A DNA stretch of 29,871 nt from a virus. Its lineage: Duplodnaviria; Caudoviricetes. A program made the translations under genes and the position numbers. The notes below the pieces were generated by a model that saw only the letters and a program-made list of their open reading frames with translations, had not been told where the DNA came from and made no database searches. Below are positions 26,911 to 29,871 of the stretch, in pieces. The first letter of the stretch is position 1, and each line of letters opens with the position of its first letter. The stretch is taken from the IMG/VR virus record IMGVR_UViG_3300016464_000084, positions 1 to 29,871 of that record; one strand, 5' to 3'.

Positions 26911-26998
26911 AGGTGGTGCGGGTCGCTAGCGCTGGTTAGCGATCTTTTCTGGTAGTCTGATTCACGGCTTTTATTTTTCCGCGAAGGGCGATTACTCA

Positions 26999-28555
26999 TT
27001 AGTAATACCCCTGCTTCTTCCGGCTTCGGAAATACTGCACCGGCTCCGGTTCGTCGAGGTTAGTGGTCACGTAGCCACCACGACGAAACCTATGTAAAGC
27101 CATAGATACCGTATCGACGAAGTCGTCGTGCGAGCCGGCGGGGAATTCTGCAACCTCATCAATGACTTCCTCAGCCCAGCGGGTAGCCGGAGCCCAGACA
27201 CGGCCAGAGGCGAACACGTCCGCGACAGCGTTCAACCGGGAAATCTTGTCGTTGCCGCGCGTCGGCACGAACTCCTGCACAGGAACTCCCATGGCGCGCA
27301 GCTCATAGATAAGCGGAGAACCGGAAGCCTTTTTCTCAATGATAACCCCGTCGGGTTTCCACTCTTTATATTCCTCCAGTGCACATTGCTTCAGGTCGGG
27401 AAACTCCATCCGATCCCGGAAGGCGTTCAACAGGATGATGTGGGGTTCTTCTTTGCCTTTGTCGTTGACGTGGTAGAAGACGCCCCAGGTGGTACATGCC
27501 GAATAGTCGGCACGTTGGGTTTTCTCGAAGGCCGTATCCCAGGACTGGAGGATGAAGCTGCACTTGGGTGGGATGTCGCTCTCCCACTCTCGCCACCACT
27601 CGCGCTTGACGATGGCTGCGCTCTCGCTGATAGGATTCTGCTGATACTGCGCTTGCCATTTACTGTTTGGGACGTCGCGCTTGACCTTGGATAATTCCTC
27701 AAGCGACCAAAACTCCGGCCACAGAGGTGCCCCAGAAGGCAGAATGGCTGGAAACTCAATGACTTCCCATTCCCCGAGGCTGTCATTCTGCTGCGCATCC
27801 TTAATGATCTGGCCAGTTAAGTCTCTCTTCGACCAGCGTGTCATAACTACGACTATTGCCCCTCCAGGTTGTAGTCGCTGACGAGGCCCTGAAGTATACC
27901 ACTCATAAGTCTTGTCGTAGATATCGGGGTTAATTTCCGCCAGGGCGGCTTCCTGCTCGCTGTGGGGGTCGTCAATAATGAGCAAATCGGCGCCTTTACC
28001 AGTCACCGCACCACCGACACCGATGGCGAAATAGTCGCCCATCTTATTAGTATTCCAGCGACCCGCCGCTTTTGAATCCGCTGCCAGACTCAGCCCCGGA
28101 AAAACCCGCTTATAGTTATCCGAGTCGACCAGATTTCGGACTTTTCGGCCAAAACCAACCGCCAACTCTGCGGTGTGGGCGCACTGGATCACCTTCTTAT
28201 GCGGAAACTTCCCAAGAAACCAAGCAGGTAGCAGATAAGAGGCGAATTCGGATTTGGTATGTCGGGGAGGCATGTTTATTATAAGCCGTTTAAGTTCCCC
28301 ACGCGCCACGCGCTCGAACGCATCCGCCATTTTCGCATGGTGCCTGCCAGCGATGAACGTCGGCCAGACTTCTTTTACGAAAGTCAGGAACTTATCCTGC
28401 AAAGTCCGCTGTTTGCGGAGGTCCATCAACTTATCAAGCTCAGCCAGTAGCCGTTCCTGCTCAGTCACAGTCAAATGGGGCAGGATATTCGGGATGTCTT
28501 TCAGGGAGACATCTTTCAGGGGGCTACTCGTCGGGTTATTTTTGGCTGGGCTCAT
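26999..28555 (-). CDS. terL: Terminase large subunit
   Basis: RLIINMPPRHTKSE (Walker A), LLIIDDP (Walker B), VMTRW, QSWDTA..DYSA, IEKKASG, HDDFVD nuclease acidic residues. Confidence 0.95.
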   Translation of the reverse strand: MSPAKNNPTSSPLKDVSLKDIPNILPHLTVTEQERLLAELDKLMDLRKQRTLQDKFLTFVKEVWPTFIAGRHHAKMADAFERVARGELKRLIINMPPRHTKSEFASYLLPAWFLGKFPHKKVIQCAHTAELAVGFGRKVRNLVDSDNYKRVFPGLSLAADSKAAGRWNTNKMGDYFAIGVGGAVTGKGADLLIIDDPHSEQEAALAEINPDIYDKTYEWYTSGPRQRLQPGGAIVVVMTRWSKRDLTGQIIKDAQQNDSLGEWEVIEFPAILPSGAPLWPEFWSLEELSKVKRDVPNSKWQAQYQQNPISESAAIVKREWWREWESDIPPKCSFILQSWDTAFEKTQRADYSACTTWGVFYHVNDKGKEEPHIILLNAFRDRMEFPDLKQCALEEYKEWKPDGVIIEKKASGSPLIYELRAMGVPVQEFVPTRGNDKISRLNAVADVFASGRVWAPATRWAEEVIDEVAEFPAGSHDDFVDTVSMALHRFRRGGYVTTNLDEPEPVQYFRSRKKQGYY

Positions 28556-28558
28556 GTG

Positions 28559-28680
28559 TTTTGGTGGGTTTTTTAGTGGGTTGTTGTGGTTTTAATTGGT
28601 GGGTTTTTTAGTGGGTTTTTTGGTGGGTTTTTTGGTGGGTTTTTTGGTGGGTTTTTTGGTGGGTCTTTTGGGGGTTTTTT
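28559..28680. repeat. 12-bp tandem array (GGTGGGTTTTTT)n in the terL leader
   Basis: About 9 exact or near-exact units: 28563, 28575, then contiguous 28598-28680. Confidence 0.95.
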
Positions 28681-28693
28681 ACCTTGACTACCC

Positions 28694-29062
28694 TCAACCC
28701 CCCTGAAACCCAGTAATAAGCTGGTAGTGGGCATGGCCAAACAGATGCGAGCACGTATACAGATCGCTGTTCTTCCCGCCGCCAAAGATAGCCACGGACC
28801 TGTCAGTAGACAAAGCCACCACAACGGTAGAAATATCGCCGTACCTACCAGCCTCGATCTCTTCGGCTAGGTTGCGCAACATCTTAGCCGGTGTCCTGTA
28901 GTCTGGTGTGTTGTCCCCCGTTCGGGCGGTTCTGTTTTCCGCTTGGTTGGGTTTGTTTTCCGTTCGGGCGGTTTTGTTTTCCGCTTGGTTGAGTTTGTTT
29001 TCCGTTTGGTTGGTATCTTTGACGAGCTTCAGGTGCGGCTTGTTCTTATTTTCGTCACTCAT
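28694..29062 (-). CDS. Hypothetical protein with heptad repeat insert
   Basis: Start re-called at ATG 29062 (MSDENKNKPHLKLV), overlapping the upstream stop; ENK-containing 7-aa repeats. Confidence 0.7.
   Translation of the reverse strand: MSDENKNKPHLKLVKDTNQTENKLNQAENKTARTENKPNQAENRTARTGDNTPDYRTPAKMLRNLAEEIEAGRYGDISTVVVALSTDRSVAIFGGGKNSDLYTCSHLFGHAHYQLITGFQGG
28918..29012. repeat. 21-bp units alternating A/B (42-bp higher-order repeat)
   Basis: GTTTTCCGCTTGGTTG(G/A)GTTT alternating with GTTTTCCGTTCGGGCGGTTTT; encodes LNQAENK/TARTENK/PNQAENR. Confidence 0.9.
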
Positions 29063-29651
29063 TATTCGTCTCTTCCAGCGATAGCTTCCGTTCGTAGACA
29101 CCCAGCTCCTCGTCCAGGTCGACCCCCAATGGGGTTACATCGATCACGTCGGCATTGAGCAGGCGCTTAACCCGTTCCTTGATGGCAGACTCCAGGGCTT
29201 CCGGGCTGTTATAGTTAATATTGATCTCGCTCCGCTGCGTGAACAGCGAGATATCCGAGTGCTTACCCAATAGCTCAATAGCCTTAAGCTCGAACTTAGG
29301 CTCGCCACAGGCGGCAATTTCCAGGAGTTTGTTGGTCAGCGCGGCGCGCACTTGACTGGCGTCGAACGCCAGATTCTGACCGTAGGTTCGCAGGAATCCA
29401 CTTGCTGCAAGGGCTGTGCCGTAATTCTTAAGCGGCTCCTTAGCGTGTTGATCCACCACGCTTTTAATAAGGGCCTGCTCTTGCGCCAGATCGGAAGGCT
29501 TTACCTCAAGGGGCGCACCAAGTTGTTCCAACAAATCAGCCGTATTTGCCGCGACCGCTACTTCATCCACGAAAGTATCCGGTGTCTCGTCGTCAGTGCT
29601 GAAAGGCAAAGGGAACTCGTCGGTCGGTGTAACTTTGACGGTCTTTTGCAT
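29055..29651 (-). CDS. Possible terminase small subunit
   Basis: 198 aa, first gene of the late cluster; C-terminal ELKAIELLGKH..LFT.R.E resembles the terS oligomerisation motif. Confidence 0.6.
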   Translation of the reverse strand: MQKTVKVTPTDEFPLPFSTDDETPDTFVDEVAVAANTADLLEQLGAPLEVKPSDLAQEQALIKSVVDQHAKEPLKNYGTALAASGFLRTYGQNLAFDASQVRAALTNKLLEIAACGEPKFELKAIELLGKHSDISLFTQRSEININYNSPEALESAIKERVKRLLNADVIDVTPLGVDLDEELGVYERKLSLEETNNE

Positions 29652-29825
29652 ATGAGCATGTTTGGGTAGTTAAAACTAAAAAATCAAAACCGACACTACC
29701 AACAGACTCACTCGTTAAACACAAAAATAAATATACCCCGCCAAAACATTTGTTTGGGTCCTCTAAAGGGGGGGTTTCCTAATAGAGACGAAGCGTCGGG
29801 AGTTGGGGGATTTGAAAGGGGGTAG

Positions 29826-29871
29826 GGGGGTGGAAAGTTTTGGGGGTGGAAAGTTTTGGGGGTGGAAAGTT
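29826..29871. repeat. 16-bp tandem repeat GGGGGTGGAAAGTTTT, truncated by window end
   Basis: Units at 29826, 29842, 29858 (partial). Confidence 0.9.

Noticed and set aside
28573-28824. 83-aa ORF with KNPP repeats, or a frameshift fusing it to terL
   Set aside because: It is a translation of the 12-bp DNA array, overlaps a better ORF and has no convincing start; the terL frame has TAA at 28592-28594; nothing supports a frameshift beyond the A6 runs

Overview
The window is the late (packaging and morphogenesis) half of a tailed dsDNA phage or prophage with a podovirus-like layout. Almost every gene is on the minus strand. Reading right to left: a possible small terminase, terL, a free-standing HNH-like gene, portal, a GroES-like co-chaperonin, scaffold, head proteins and major capsid protein. 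Next come a lysozyme+holin cassette on the opposite strand, a GT-A-like glycosyltransferase, a cluster of small very basic proteins and head-tail adaptors. These are followed by a ferritin/Dps-like gene, fibre proteins, a 14-repeat RCC1 protein coupled to a TPR/GT9-like glycosyltransferase, a gp10-like tail nozzle and low-complexity ejection proteins. I added four ORFs missing from the track. No tRNA, CRISPR array, integrase or reverse transcriptase is visible. The most interesting unexplained signals are: (1) a compact three-helix kissing-loop/double-pseudoknot RNA candidate abutting the RBS at 19198-19280; (2) a recurring [FYM]-x-x-G-G motif shared by the small basic proteins and a repeated module of the 750-aa ejection protein; (3) two glycosyltransferases embedded among virion genes; (4) strand-biased G/T tandem arrays upstream of the terminase genes. 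All product calls come from motif recognition and gene order, not database searches.
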